A stretch of 64,000 nt of DNA from Candidatus Woesearchaeota archaeon (GTDB taxonomy: Archaea > Nanobdellota > Nanobdellia > Woesearchaeales > DSVV01), in NCBI GenBank assembly GCA_018657385.1, contig JABHXF010000028.1, positions 1,472 to 65,471 of the forward strand, given 5' to 3'. The position numbers were made by a program, and so were the translations under genes. Below are positions 27,991 through 36,765 of this stretch, one piece after another; position 1 is the first letter of the stretch, and every line of letters starts with the position of its first letter. The notes below the pieces were generated by a model. It ran no database searches. It was not told the origin of the DNA and saw nothing but the letters and a program-made list of their open reading frames with translations.

Positions 27991-28728
27991 TTATGCCTTT
28001 GGTTTTTGGGCTAATACACACATTAAACCATTTAACAAAAAGCTAGAAACAACATTTAAACCTAACAAAATAGTCATGTCTGTACCTACAAAAATTAATG
28101 TGTAATTTAGCATTAATACATACGCCACAACAGTAATAGCCACTGATAAGAAAGGCATCATTCTTAATAATAATGATATTGGTTTTGATGAAATTACGAA
28201 AAAAGTAACAACCAAACTAAAATAAGCAGGCATCATAGTCATTATTATCTTAACTAAACTATGATCAGTACTCATACCCATGAAAAGAACAAATACTGAT
28301 AATACAAATATTGAAAATAATAATACTAGGCCAGAAGGGAATACAGTGGTAATTGGATGATCATAATCTACTACTTTTCCTTCTTTGATTAATTTTATTG
28401 CTTTATCTATCATGTCTTTGTGATGACCTGATCTAAGTAAAGCACTTTTAATTGCACTTGTAGAATATCCATTTTTTAACTGCTTTTGCATGTAATCCAC
28501 TAACATGTTTTGAATATAGAAATACATTTCCTCAGTCATATCTTTCTTTGTTGAAATTTGTTTGTGTTCTGGTTTTAGATTACCTAGATTACTAACAACA
28601 TGATCAACTAATTGTTTTTTATAACCATATTTAAAAAGAGCAGTTTTAATATCTTCAAGATCATAACCCTGTTCAACCTCAAACTTAACATAACTTGTTA
28701 AGTGCTTAATTAGATATTCTTCTTGCAT
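27991..28728 (-). CDS. Membrane protein with duplicated N-terminal soluble module (hypothetical)
   Basis: 245 aa. Two similar about 60-aa segments (GYDLEDIKTALFKYGY and GYSTSAIKSALLRSGH) are followed by about four TM segments. Confidence 0.5.
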   Translation of the reverse strand: MQEEYLIKHLTSYVKFEVEQGYDLEDIKTALFKYGYKKQLVDHVVSNLGNLKPEHKQISTKKDMTEEMYFYIQNMLVDYMQKQLKNGYSTSAIKSALLRSGHHKDMIDKAIKLIKEGKVVDYDHPITTVFPSGLVLLFSIFVLSVFVLFMGMSTDHSLVKIIMTMMPAYFSLVVTFFVISSKPISLLLRMMPFLSVAITVVAYVLMLNYTLIFVGTDMTILLGLNVVSSFLLNGLMCVLAQKPKA

Positions 28729-28760
28729 TTTATTGTTCTGGTGTATTTATGTTTATATAT

Positions 28761-28825
28761 GTTTTGGATTTACAAAGTAAATACAAAGCTTGCTAAATCT
28801 TTGATTTAGCATTGTTTTGGATTTT
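28761..28825 (-). promoter_or_regulatory. Family 2 block, copy 2
   Basis: The minus strand reads AAAATCCAAAACAATGCTAAATCAAAGATTTAGCAAGCTTTGTATTTACTTTGTAAATCCAAAAC, followed by ATATATAAAC and the ATG at 28728. Confidence 0.55.
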
Positions 28826-28902
28826 AGTTAAAAAATACAATCCTTACTTAGTCTAGAATTTAATATTGTTTTTAAAATATATAAGAAAAAAATAAGAAAA
28901 AA

Positions 28903-29370
28903 TTAAGTTACTGTGAAAGTAAATGTTTGTTCTGTTTCACTAATCTTCAATATACATGGATATGTTCCTCTATCACTAGTTTTTGGTACTTTAACAACAA
29001 TCATATATTGACCTACTTCAGTGATAGGAATACTTGTTCCAGCTGCAGTAGTTTTTAATTCTAATTCTCCACCATCAATATTAGGTGAACATGTTATTTC
29101 TGGAAGTATCTCTCCTGTAAGATCTTCATTTTCATCATTATAAAATGCAATTGGTAATTTAACTTGTTTTCCACGACCAATTTCAATTTCACTCTCAATA
29201 CAAATTGGTGCATCAGATTTTGGTGGATTAATATCACAAGCTTGTGGCAATTCAGGTATATCAAATCTTAGTTGATTAATAATATACATACCAACACCTA
29301 ACATTGCAAACGCTAAAATTACAATAATAATCATATTTATAGAAAGTTCAAATGCTTTTTTGTTTTTCAT
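28903..29370 (-). CDS. Secreted or pilin-like protein with a class III (type IV pilin-like) signal peptide
   Basis: 155 aa. MKNKKAFELSINMIIIVILAFAMLGVG is a short basic leader followed by a hydrophobic helix, as in archaeal pilins. Confidence 0.45.
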   Translation of the reverse strand: MKNKKAFELSINMIIIVILAFAMLGVGMYIINQLRFDIPELPQACDINPPKSDAPICIESEIEIGRGKQVKLPIAFYNDENEDLTGEILPEITCSPNIDGGELELKTTAAGTSIPITEVGQYMIVVKVPKTSDRGTYPCILKISETEQTFTFTVT

Positions 29371-29487
29371 TATATCACCTTGATTATTTAACTTTATATT
29401 ATAATTCTAAAGTAGATATATAAAGTTTTCGGCAAATTTTGATTTTAATCAATAATATTTATAAACTTAAAATGAATACTTAATAAA

Positions 29488-29910
29488 ATGACAGATACAA
29501 AAACCATGCCTGATAAAGAATTCAAAGAACTATCTAACTATTGTAAGGAAAAGTTTGGTGTTACAATAGATAAGAAAATATTCTTTAAGTATTTTAAAAA
29601 TAAAAAAGATTTTGGAATGTGTTTATCTTATTTAAGATCTGATACAAACTCTAATTTTCTAAATAATACAAAGAGTATCTGTCCAAAATGTGGTAATATT
29701 CTTTTACGTACAAACTTATTTGTTATAGATGGAGCTATGGCAAAAGAAGGATCTGATGATTCAATTGGTGGTAATGATTACCTTTGTTTAAAATGTGGTG
29801 TAGCATGTAAAATTATTGAAAAACCTAAAGATAAAAAAAAATTACATAATTGCAAACCAAGACTTGTATTCATAGATAAACCTAAATTTGGAACAATGTA
29901 CGTTGATTAA
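29488..29910 (+). CDS. Zinc-ribbon protein (hypothetical)
   Basis: 140 aa with the pairs CPKCG and CLKCG. Confidence 0.4.
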   Translation: MTDTKTMPDKEFKELSNYCKEKFGVTIDKKIFFKYFKNKKDFGMCLSYLRSDTNSNFLNNTKSICPKCGNILLRTNLFVIDGAMAKEGSDDSIGGNDYLCLKCGVACKIIEKPKDKKKLHNCKPRLVFIDKPKFGTMYVD

Positions 29911-29928
29911 ATTAATTAAATGTTAGAA

Positions 29929-31251
29929 CTATCTTAGAACTAATTGACCATAAACACCATCATATCCAGGTATTACTTTTAGTTTACCTTCTCTGTTCTT
30001 GAGAATAGCGTCTGTAATTTTATCATTTGTTCTCTTCAATAATTCTTTTTTGGAAAGATTCAACAACACATTGTATTCATTTGTATCTTTGATGATTCTA
30101 TAATATTCTTCATTTACTGTTTTTGTTGCAACTGCTCTACCTAAAACTGCTGAAAGGATTTCTGATAATGGTATTAATGTTTTAAAATCTTTGACATTAT
30201 CTTGCTTATTTGGATTTGGTTTGTAATTTTCAGGTCTTTCTTTGTCTGCTAATTGTTCTACCCTATACAAAACACCAATTGTTAAAGGCTTCCCACATTT
30301 AGGACAGATACCTTTATGTTTTAATGTTTCATTTGGTTCCATTGAAATATTACAATTTCTATGTCCATCAACATGATATTTACCATAACCAGGATCAACT
30401 TCAACAGTTCCATGTAATCCTTCTCTTGTTCTGATAGCTTTAAGAATGTCTTTATATGTTAATTTTGCAATTGCTTCGTTATAATCTGAAATTGCGTTTT
30501 TATCATTTGAATTAATATCTATATTTTTCATATGTTTAAAATCAAATAAAGTTGCTTCTCTACCCAAACGCCAAGGCCAATAACTATGTGAATCAGAAAA
30601 GGATAAAAGAGAGATTTTGTCTAGCTCTTTAATTCGCCAATTCATTTGTGGATCAGAAGACAAACCAGTTTCAATTGCATGAATTGATTTTGTTTTTTCT
30701 TGAAATGCATCTTTTAATGAATCAAAACCTGAACTAGAACCAAACATACCAAAATGTGGTGTCCAAATGTGAGCTGGAATTATCTCAATATCTTTGCTAA
30801 TAGAATGTAACATTTCAACAAATTCAGGACATGGAATTTTAAAAATAGGACGTCCATCATAATCAATTCGTCCTCTTTTTTTGAGTTCATCTGTAATTTG
30901 ATCAACAACTTCAAAGTTTGGAGCAAGAAGAACATTATGAACTTTTCTTCCTTTGCCTAAGTCAGTGTACATTAATGATAATTCATTTGAAAGGATGAAA
31001 GGAAAAGGATTGTGTGCTTTTGACTGATCAATTGTTGAATCTATTTTTGGTTTTGTTTTTAATATTCCTGTTCCATCTTCTGTTAATTCACTCTTTAATT
31101 CTTTAATCCATTCTGGATGTGCAAAGTCAGATGTTCCCAAAAGATTAACACCTTTAATTCCAGCATATTTCTCTAATGTTTTTATAGACAAATCTTTAGA
31201 ACAAGCTCTGCTGTATCTAGAATGTAAGTGTAAGTCTGATATTAATTGCAT
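29929..31251 (-). CDS. Endonuclease Q-like PHP-domain nuclease
   Basis: 440 aa. DLHLHSRYSRACS is the PHP His motif, and the internal zinc ribbon is CPKCGKPLTIGV. Length and layout match archaeal EndoQ as I recall it. Confidence 0.65.
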   Translation of the reverse strand: MQLISDLHLHSRYSRACSKDLSIKTLEKYAGIKGVNLLGTSDFAHPEWIKELKSELTEDGTGILKTKPKIDSTIDQSKAHNPFPFILSNELSLMYTDLGKGRKVHNVLLAPNFEVVDQITDELKKRGRIDYDGRPIFKIPCPEFVEMLHSISKDIEIIPAHIWTPHFGMFGSSSGFDSLKDAFQEKTKSIHAIETGLSSDPQMNWRIKELDKISLLSFSDSHSYWPWRLGREATLFDFKHMKNIDINSNDKNAISDYNEAIAKLTYKDILKAIRTREGLHGTVEVDPGYGKYHVDGHRNCNISMEPNETLKHKGICPKCGKPLTIGVLYRVEQLADKERPENYKPNPNKQDNVKDFKTLIPLSEILSAVLGRAVATKTVNEEYYRIIKDTNEYNVLLNLSKKELLKRTNDKITDAILKNREGKLKVIPGYDGVYGQLVLR

Positions 31252-31395
31252 TTAAGTTGAGAAGATGAGATAATATTAAAAGTTTGTTAATTTTATAGGG
31301 TGGTGGGTGGGGGCTCCTAGGGGGATGGTTAATCTTTTCTCACTAATATTTATAAAATTAAATTACATTAAAACAAAATTAGTTTAAAATAAAAT

Positions 31396-31430
31396 AAAAA
31401 ATTCATGAGCTATATGTCCTTCGGACCTAG
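31396..31430 (-). terminator. GGACCTAG box, copy 3 (no adjacent family 1 core)
   Basis: The minus strand reads CTAGGTCCGAAGGACATATAGCTCATGAATTTTTTATTTTATTTT, starting 36 nt after the PEP carboxylase stop. Confidence 0.45.
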
Positions 31431-31466
31431 TGTAGAAAAACTAATAGAAAAAAGAAAAAAATAGAT

Positions 31467-32999
31467 TTATCCAATAAATCCCCTAATAGAAGCTGCCCTT
31501 GTTATTAATTCAGTAAATGATTCTGTGTCTTGTATACTTGATTTCTTTAGTTCCTTCATTATAGCAGTGGTTAGTTGTTTATGTTCTTCATTTATTTCTA
31601 ATTTTGATGATCCTGATAAATCCATTATTCCAATTTTTTCAAGTGCTGAATTAACACCTTCTTTAATCTTTAATGGCAAAAATTCTAAATTATCTTTATT
31701 AAAATACCTCATTGCATTTTCTAAGTCATAATCAAGATTAGCATAACATGTTGATTTTAAATAGTCAATATCTTTTGAATCTAAAGCATTTAATCCTAAA
31801 ATCTCAGGAGGCAGACCTATGGAGTAGAGGGCGCAACAAAATTTGATTGCTCTTGGCAATTGAATGTTATCATTTGCTCTACTATAACCAAATAAACCAA
31901 TATGTAATTTTCTTTTTCTTCTTAGAGGAACAAAATTAGAAATATTATTAATCATTTCTGCCAATAATCTAATTTGTTTCTTATATTCCATTGAAACTTT
32001 TTCTATAATCTTTAGAATTTTTTCTTCCTCTAAAAAATGTGGCTTTTTTTGTTTAGTATTATTGATTATTTCAATTGCTTTTTTTGTTTTTTCTAGTGGT
32101 TGATCATACTTAAAAGAAGATTGTAAAGTATAAGTTTGAACTGAAGGATAACCCCTCATAATTTGTTCAGCAGTATCTGGTTTAAAATTACCTCGAAATG
32201 GAGAACTGCCGCAACCAAAGATAGGAAAAATATCAACAGATGTTTTTTCTTGTAATTTATGAAGTTTTACTAATGCTAATTTGTTTAATAAGATTGCAGA
32301 TAATGAACTATAATTAAGAGCTGGATCACTTCTTGCCAACCAAACTCTTTGATGATCTTTAATTTTTTGTATTTTTATATACTCTTCAGCAATTTGATCT
32401 ACTTTTAGCATGCTGTTTAAATCCTCAACTAATGGTGTTACTCTTATTGATTTTGGATTAAAGTTGCCAAGCCATTTCCCAATATTTATATCATTGTTTA
32501 ACAAACTTATATCTTGAACACCTGCTACATGTTTTTCATAATATTTTGCAACCCTAGCAATATCTAAAGCAGAACTAGTCATTGGAACATATACTTCACT
32601 TATAGGAGGGATATTAATTTTACTAGTTTTAGAACTAGCTTTGTAAAATTTAAACGCTGTATCACAATATCTTGGGATTGTATTCAAAACCTCAATTACA
32701 ATCTTTGCTTCTATTTTCTCAATATTGGGATTTGGAATTCTAAAAGATAATATCTTGTCCTTTCCTAAAATATTTCCCATAAAATAATCAGGATACTTGG
32801 TAAAAAGTTTTTTTATTATAAAGTTATCTGCTTCCTTACCTTCATAATCAAATAATTGTTCCTGACAATTTAAAGTTGAAAAAACATAATAAGCTTCATC
32901 AATTTCATCTTCTCCATTTAAAACTGAATTATCTGAGAAAATAGGAGAATGCACATTATCAGGATGTTGTGTTGACATAGTTCTAGGTATAAATGACAT
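31467..32999 (-). CDS. ppcA: Archaeal-type phosphoenolpyruvate carboxylase
   Basis: 510 aa. The N-terminus IPRTMSTQHPDN is the hallmark of the short archaeal PEPC family. Confidence 0.8.
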   Translation of the reverse strand: MSFIPRTMSTQHPDNVHSPIFSDNSVLNGEDEIDEAYYVFSTLNCQEQLFDYEGKEADNFIIKKLFTKYPDYFMGNILGKDKILSFRIPNPNIEKIEAKIVIEVLNTIPRYCDTAFKFYKASSKTSKINIPPISEVYVPMTSSALDIARVAKYYEKHVAGVQDISLLNNDINIGKWLGNFNPKSIRVTPLVEDLNSMLKVDQIAEEYIKIQKIKDHQRVWLARSDPALNYSSLSAILLNKLALVKLHKLQEKTSVDIFPIFGCGSSPFRGNFKPDTAEQIMRGYPSVQTYTLQSSFKYDQPLEKTKKAIEIINNTKQKKPHFLEEEKILKIIEKVSMEYKKQIRLLAEMINNISNFVPLRRKRKLHIGLFGYSRANDNIQLPRAIKFCCALYSIGLPPEILGLNALDSKDIDYLKSTCYANLDYDLENAMRYFNKDNLEFLPLKIKEGVNSALEKIGIMDLSGSSKLEINEEHKQLTTAIMKELKKSSIQDTESFTELITRAASIRGFIG

Positions 33000-33209
33000 C
33001 TTAACATTGAAAAGTATAAGGATTATATAAATATAGTTAAAATTTAGTTAAAACTAAATTAAAAAAAGAATTGAAAAATACAAAATATATCATTACTCTC
33101 GAATAGAGATTTTATTTTTTTATTTTTATAATTAGAAAAGTATATAAAGAAGTTTGAATTCCTAAATTTGTTCAAAAAGAGTGTTTGAAAAAAAACTTGA
33201 GGTGGTACA

Positions 33210-33440
33210 TTGAACAAATGCTTATGTGGTGATGTCCCAAAAAAAGGTGACCATTACTGTAGAAATTGTGGGCAAAAACAAGAACAACTACTAGATTCAT
33301 TTTTATGTGAATGCGGAGCAGATGTTTTTGAAACAGATGGTTTCTGTCATGCATGTGGTGTTAAATTTGATGGTATTGAAGAAGAAGAAGAATTTCTAAA
33401 TAGTACATTAAGTTGTAACACATGTGGTAATGGATTATAA
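33210..33440 (+). CDS. Double zinc-ribbon protein
   Basis: 76 aa containing CxC...CRNCG, CECG...CHACG and CNTCG, with a non-ATG start in the track. Confidence 0.4.
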   Translation: MNKCLCGDVPKKGDHYCRNCGQKQEQLLDSFLCECGADVFETDGFCHACGVKFDGIEEEEEFLNSTLSCNTCGNGL

Positions 33441-33471
33441 TTTCTTTTTATTATTTTACTTTCTTTTTTTA

Positions 33472-33556
33472 CTAGGTTCGGAGTACTTTCAAACTTGTTT
33501 GGAAGCTCAATAATCTCGATGAAGTAGGGATTATTTTTGCGTATTTCCCGTGACTT
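33472..33556 (+). terminator. GGACCTAG box, copy 4 (degenerate and split by an about 50-nt insertion)
   Basis: The plus strand reads CTAGGTTCGGAGTAC ... TTTCCCGTGACTTTAATTTTT, starting 31 nt after the 76-aa ORF stop. Confidence 0.35.
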
Positions 33557-33590
33557 TAATTTTTCATTAGTTTTATTACGTTAATAGAAA

Positions 33591-33678
33591 AAATAACAAC
33601 AACAAAGGCATGGACGGACATTTTTCTACGAAAAATATCCTATTCGGCTTCGCCCCATCCGGCCATTGTTGTTATTTT
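33591..33678 (-). ncRNA. Family 1 structured element, copy C
   Basis: The minus strand reads AAAAUAACAACAAU-GGCCGGAU-G-GGCGAAGCC-GAAUA-GGAUAUUUUUC-GUA-GAAAAAUGUCC-GUCCAUGCC-UUUGUUGUUGUUAUUUU. Confidence 0.6.
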
Positions 33679-33748
33679 TTCATTTGCCTTGTAATTGGAT
33701 TTAATTTAAAACATAAACTTAATAATAACTAAAGATTAACATATTAAT

Positions 33749-34408
33749 ATGCCAACAAAACAAAAAATAACCCAATTTATGAAAATTCTTGGAAAAGAGT
33801 ATAAAACATTTACAAAACCAATAGTAACTGAGATGAGTGAAAAAGGTCATGACCCTTTTAAAGTTCTGATAAGCACTGTGTTAAGTCTAAGAACTAAAGA
33901 TGAAACAACTGCAAAAGCGAGCTATAGATTATTTAAAATTGCAGATACCCCTAAAAAGATTCTTAAATTAAGTGTTTCTAAGATTGAGAAGTTAATATAC
34001 CCAGTTGGGTTTTATAAGACAAAAGCTATAAGAATTAAAGAGATTTGTAAAGTACTTATTGATAAATATAATAATATAGTACCTGATGAAATAAATGAAT
34101 TATTAAAATTAAAAGGTGTTGGTAGAAAAACAGCTAATTTAGTTGTTTCATTAGGGTATGGAAAGCCAGGCTTATGCATTGATACGCATTGCCATAGAAT
34201 CCCAAATAGATGGGGCTGGATAAAAACAAAGACACCACTAGAAACAGAAATGGAGCTAAGGGAGATTTTGCCAGTGAAACATTGGAAAGAGTTCAATGAT
34301 TATTTAGTAGCATATGGACAAAACATATGCAGACCTGTTTCTCCAAGATGTTATATATGTAAATTAAAGAAATATTGTAAATATAAGAATAAAACAATAA
34401 AAAAATAA
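33749..34408 (+). CDS. nth: Endonuclease III
   Basis: 219 aa. LKGVGRKTANLV is the HhH-GPD motif, and the C-terminal Fe-S cluster loop is CRPVSPRCYICKLKKYC. Confidence 0.9.
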   Translation: MPTKQKITQFMKILGKEYKTFTKPIVTEMSEKGHDPFKVLISTVLSLRTKDETTAKASYRLFKIADTPKKILKLSVSKIEKLIYPVGFYKTKAIRIKEICKVLIDKYNNIVPDEINELLKLKGVGRKTANLVVSLGYGKPGLCIDTHCHRIPNRWGWIKTKTPLETEMELREILPVKHWKEFNDYLVAYGQNICRPVSPRCYICKLKKYCKYKNKTIKK

Positions 34409-34426
34409 TTAAAAGAAAAGAAAAAA

Positions 34427-35359
34427 TTACTTTTTCTTAAACTTTGAAGCAAATTTCTTAACAAGACCTTGTTTTTTTGCTGGCTTTGGTTTCTCTGCTG
34501 GCTTTACTGCTTTTGTTGTTGTTTTCTTTTTTGTTTTTGCAGGTTTAGTTTTAGTTGTTTCTGTTTTAACTGCTGGCTTTGATATAACTTTAACTACTGG
34601 CTTTGTTATTGGTCTTGCTTCTTGTTTTGGTATAACCTTAACTTCTGGCTTTGCATTTACATTAGGTACTGCTTTTTTCCCATCTGATAAATTTATCTTA
34701 GGTAATACTTGAGCAGAAGGACCTGTTTGTTGTACATTACTTGTTGCTCTTAACATACCAGGTGTTGTAGGTTTGTAATTTTGTTTTTGATGTTTAAAAT
34801 CTTTTTTCTGAAAATTACCTTTTTTATTATTGTTATGGTTATTATTTTGATTATAACCACCTTTATAACCAATTAAATATTTTGCTGGATTTTTTTCAAG
34901 ATCATGGAAATCATCTGCTGTTTCTTTAAGATGTTTTGAAGCAGTTTTTCCAAATGCAATAACTTCCCCTCTGCATCCATGGCTTTGTAGGTATTGTAAT
35001 AAATCTTTAAAGTCTCCATCTCCAGAAACTAATACAACTACGTCAACTTTTGGACTTAATCTAACAGCATCCATTGCTATCCCAATATCCCAGTCTCCCT
35101 TTTTAGCTCCACCAAGAAAGATTTGTATATCTTTTGCTTTAACTTCAATACCTATTTTGTTCAGAGCATCATGAAAATTAACTTCTTCCTTTATATCAGT
35201 CTTAATAACATATGCGATTGCTCTAGTCAACTTCCTATTTGAAACAGCTTGACTTAATATATTAGAAAAATTAACTTTCTTATGATATAGCTGTTTCGCA
35301 CTATAATACATGTTTTGTACATCAAATAGTACTAATATTCTTTGTTCTTTATGTTTCAT
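34427..35359 (-). CDS. NYN/LabA-like (PIN-like) domain protein with a long K/P/T-rich basic tail
   Basis: 310 aa with an N-terminal NYN fold signature (VLFDVQN ... VVLVSGDGDF). The C-terminal approximately 130 aa are low-complexity and Lys-rich. Confidence 0.7.
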   Translation of the reverse strand: MKHKEQRILVLFDVQNMYYSAKQLYHKKVNFSNILSQAVSNRKLTRAIAYVIKTDIKEEVNFHDALNKIGIEVKAKDIQIFLGGAKKGDWDIGIAMDAVRLSPKVDVVVLVSGDGDFKDLLQYLQSHGCRGEVIAFGKTASKHLKETADDFHDLEKNPAKYLIGYKGGYNQNNNHNNNKKGNFQKKDFKHQKQNYKPTTPGMLRATSNVQQTGPSAQVLPKINLSDGKKAVPNVNAKPEVKVIPKQEARPITKPVVKVISKPAVKTETTKTKPAKTKKKTTTKAVKPAEKPKPAKKQGLVKKFASKFKKK

Positions 35360-35478
35360 ACTTTAAACCCCACTTTCTTCATATCTTCTTTATATTTTAT
35401 TTATATTTTATTTATATCTTCTTCATATAACTTATAGATATATATCTAATGTTAATAGTTTGAGTGGTGGTATTAAAA

Positions 35479-35645
35479 GGTTGTGTTTTGAAGGCTTGGA
35501 TGGTTTGAAGCTTGTAAGGCTTGGAAAGCTTGTAAGGCTTGTAAGGCATTTTGAGTTTTTTACTAGTGGGCCCACTAGCAAATAAACAATTTGCCCTACA
35601 AACCTTACTAACCCTACAAGCCTTACTAACCTTACAAGCCTTTCT
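35479..35645. repeat. Long GT-rich/AC-rich palindrome (family 3, copy 3) with a perfect central palindrome
   Basis: The left arm carries GCTTGTAAGGCTT repeats and the right arm AAGCCTTAC repeats. The centre is CTAGTGGGCCCACTAG, a perfect 16-mer palindrome. Confidence 0.6.
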
Positions 35646-35694
35646 TTTTCCACCAAAAACTATTTATACAACTTCTCACAGGAATAATATTGCA

Positions 35695-36375
35695 ATGGAC
35701 ACTATGGATTGTATTTATACGAGAAGATCTATTCGTAAGTATAAAGATATCCCTATAGAATGGGAATTAGTTGGTAGAGTTGTAGAAGCTGGTAGTCTTG
35801 CACCTACAGCAGGAAACATACAAGATTTTAGATTTATTGTTGTGCAAGATGAAACAAAAAGAAAACAATTAGCAGAAGCATGTTTACAACAATATTGGAT
35901 GGAATCTGCTCCAACAATTATTGTTGCATGTGCTGAGATAAAAAGAGCAAAATTATTCTATGGAGTAAGAGGAGAAAGATTATATACTATACAAAATGTA
36001 GCTACTGCAATGGAAAATATGTTATTAGCTGCACATAATTTTGGATTAGGTGCATGTTGGGTTGGAGCATTTGATGAAAACATGGTAAAAAGAATATGTG
36101 GTATTCCTGATTATGCTAGAGCACATGCAATCATGACCTTAGGACATCCAGATGAACAACCTCCAAAACCACAACAATATAAATTAGAAAATTTATTCTA
36201 CTTTGAAAAATATAATAATAGAATTAAAGATATCCATGTTGTTTTAGGAGAATATAGTCCAACAATTGCAAGACATGTAAAAGAAACAAAAGAAAGTTTA
36301 GATAAATCAACAGGGAAATTATTAGGTCATGTTGGAAAAGCAATTAGTAAATTAACTGGAAAAAAGAATAAGTAA
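35695..36375 (+). CDS. Nitroreductase-family flavoprotein
   Basis: I chose the start MDTMDCIYTRRSIRKY, and RRSIRKY is the typical nitroreductase N-terminus. The track ORF from 35551 only extends through the palindromic repeat. Confidence 0.8.
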   Translation: MDTMDCIYTRRSIRKYKDIPIEWELVGRVVEAGSLAPTAGNIQDFRFIVVQDETKRKQLAEACLQQYWMESAPTIIVACAEIKRAKLFYGVRGERLYTIQNVATAMENMLLAAHNFGLGACWVGAFDENMVKRICGIPDYARAHAIMTLGHPDEQPPKPQQYKLENLFYFEKYNNRIKDIHVVLGEYSPTIARHVKETKESLDKSTGKLLGHVGKAISKLTGKKNK

Positions 36376-36553
36376 AAATTAAATTATTAATTATTTCTCG
36401 TATACAAAACTATTATCCTAAAATATGAATTCATTAAACAAAACTCCTTATTTTTATCCAAGTATAGTAATCTATATACTACAACATATATATCCCAGTC
36501 TAGAAGTCTTTATATATTAGTTCAAAGCATAAAAAGAAATATAATTGAGTTTT

Positions 36554-36613
36554 TTGGCGAAAACTCACATCAAATTTTGGCGTACTAAATTTTGGCGAAT
36601 TTACTTGTTGGCG
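36554..36613. promoter_or_regulatory. Four TTGGCG motifs upstream of ftsZ
   Basis: TTGGCG occurs at 36554, 36577, 36592 and 36608, three times within ATTTTGGCG. The array lies about 150-210 nt upstream of the ftsZ ATG. Confidence 0.4.
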
Positions 36614-36765
36614 CAAGCAACTTATTCTAAAGAGAGTAATGTATACACTCGTATTTAAAGTTAATGGTAGTGCAAACTATATACCAAAGAATATAGATAC
36701 ACCACACACCACGACACTAAGAGTGCATTGCTAAATTAAAAATAAAAAAGGGGAGGGGTTCAAAA

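Noticed and set aside
31298-31328. The G-rich stretch GGGTGGTGGGTGGGGGCTCCTAGGGGGATGG upstream of the orphan GGACCTAG box might be a degenerate family 1 core.
   Set aside because: It contains a CCUAGG reminiscent of the UAGGA junction and a G-run like copy E. However, I could not draw the outer stem, P1 or P3, so it is too weak to call.
35432-35656. 74-aa minus-strand ORF, and the 48-aa N-terminal extension of the nitroreductase ORF that starts at 35551.
   Set aside because: Both translate the tandem and inverted GCTTGTAAGG repeats (LVRLVGLVR..., LLTLQALLTLQ). The nitroreductase family N-terminus begins at the ATG at 35695.
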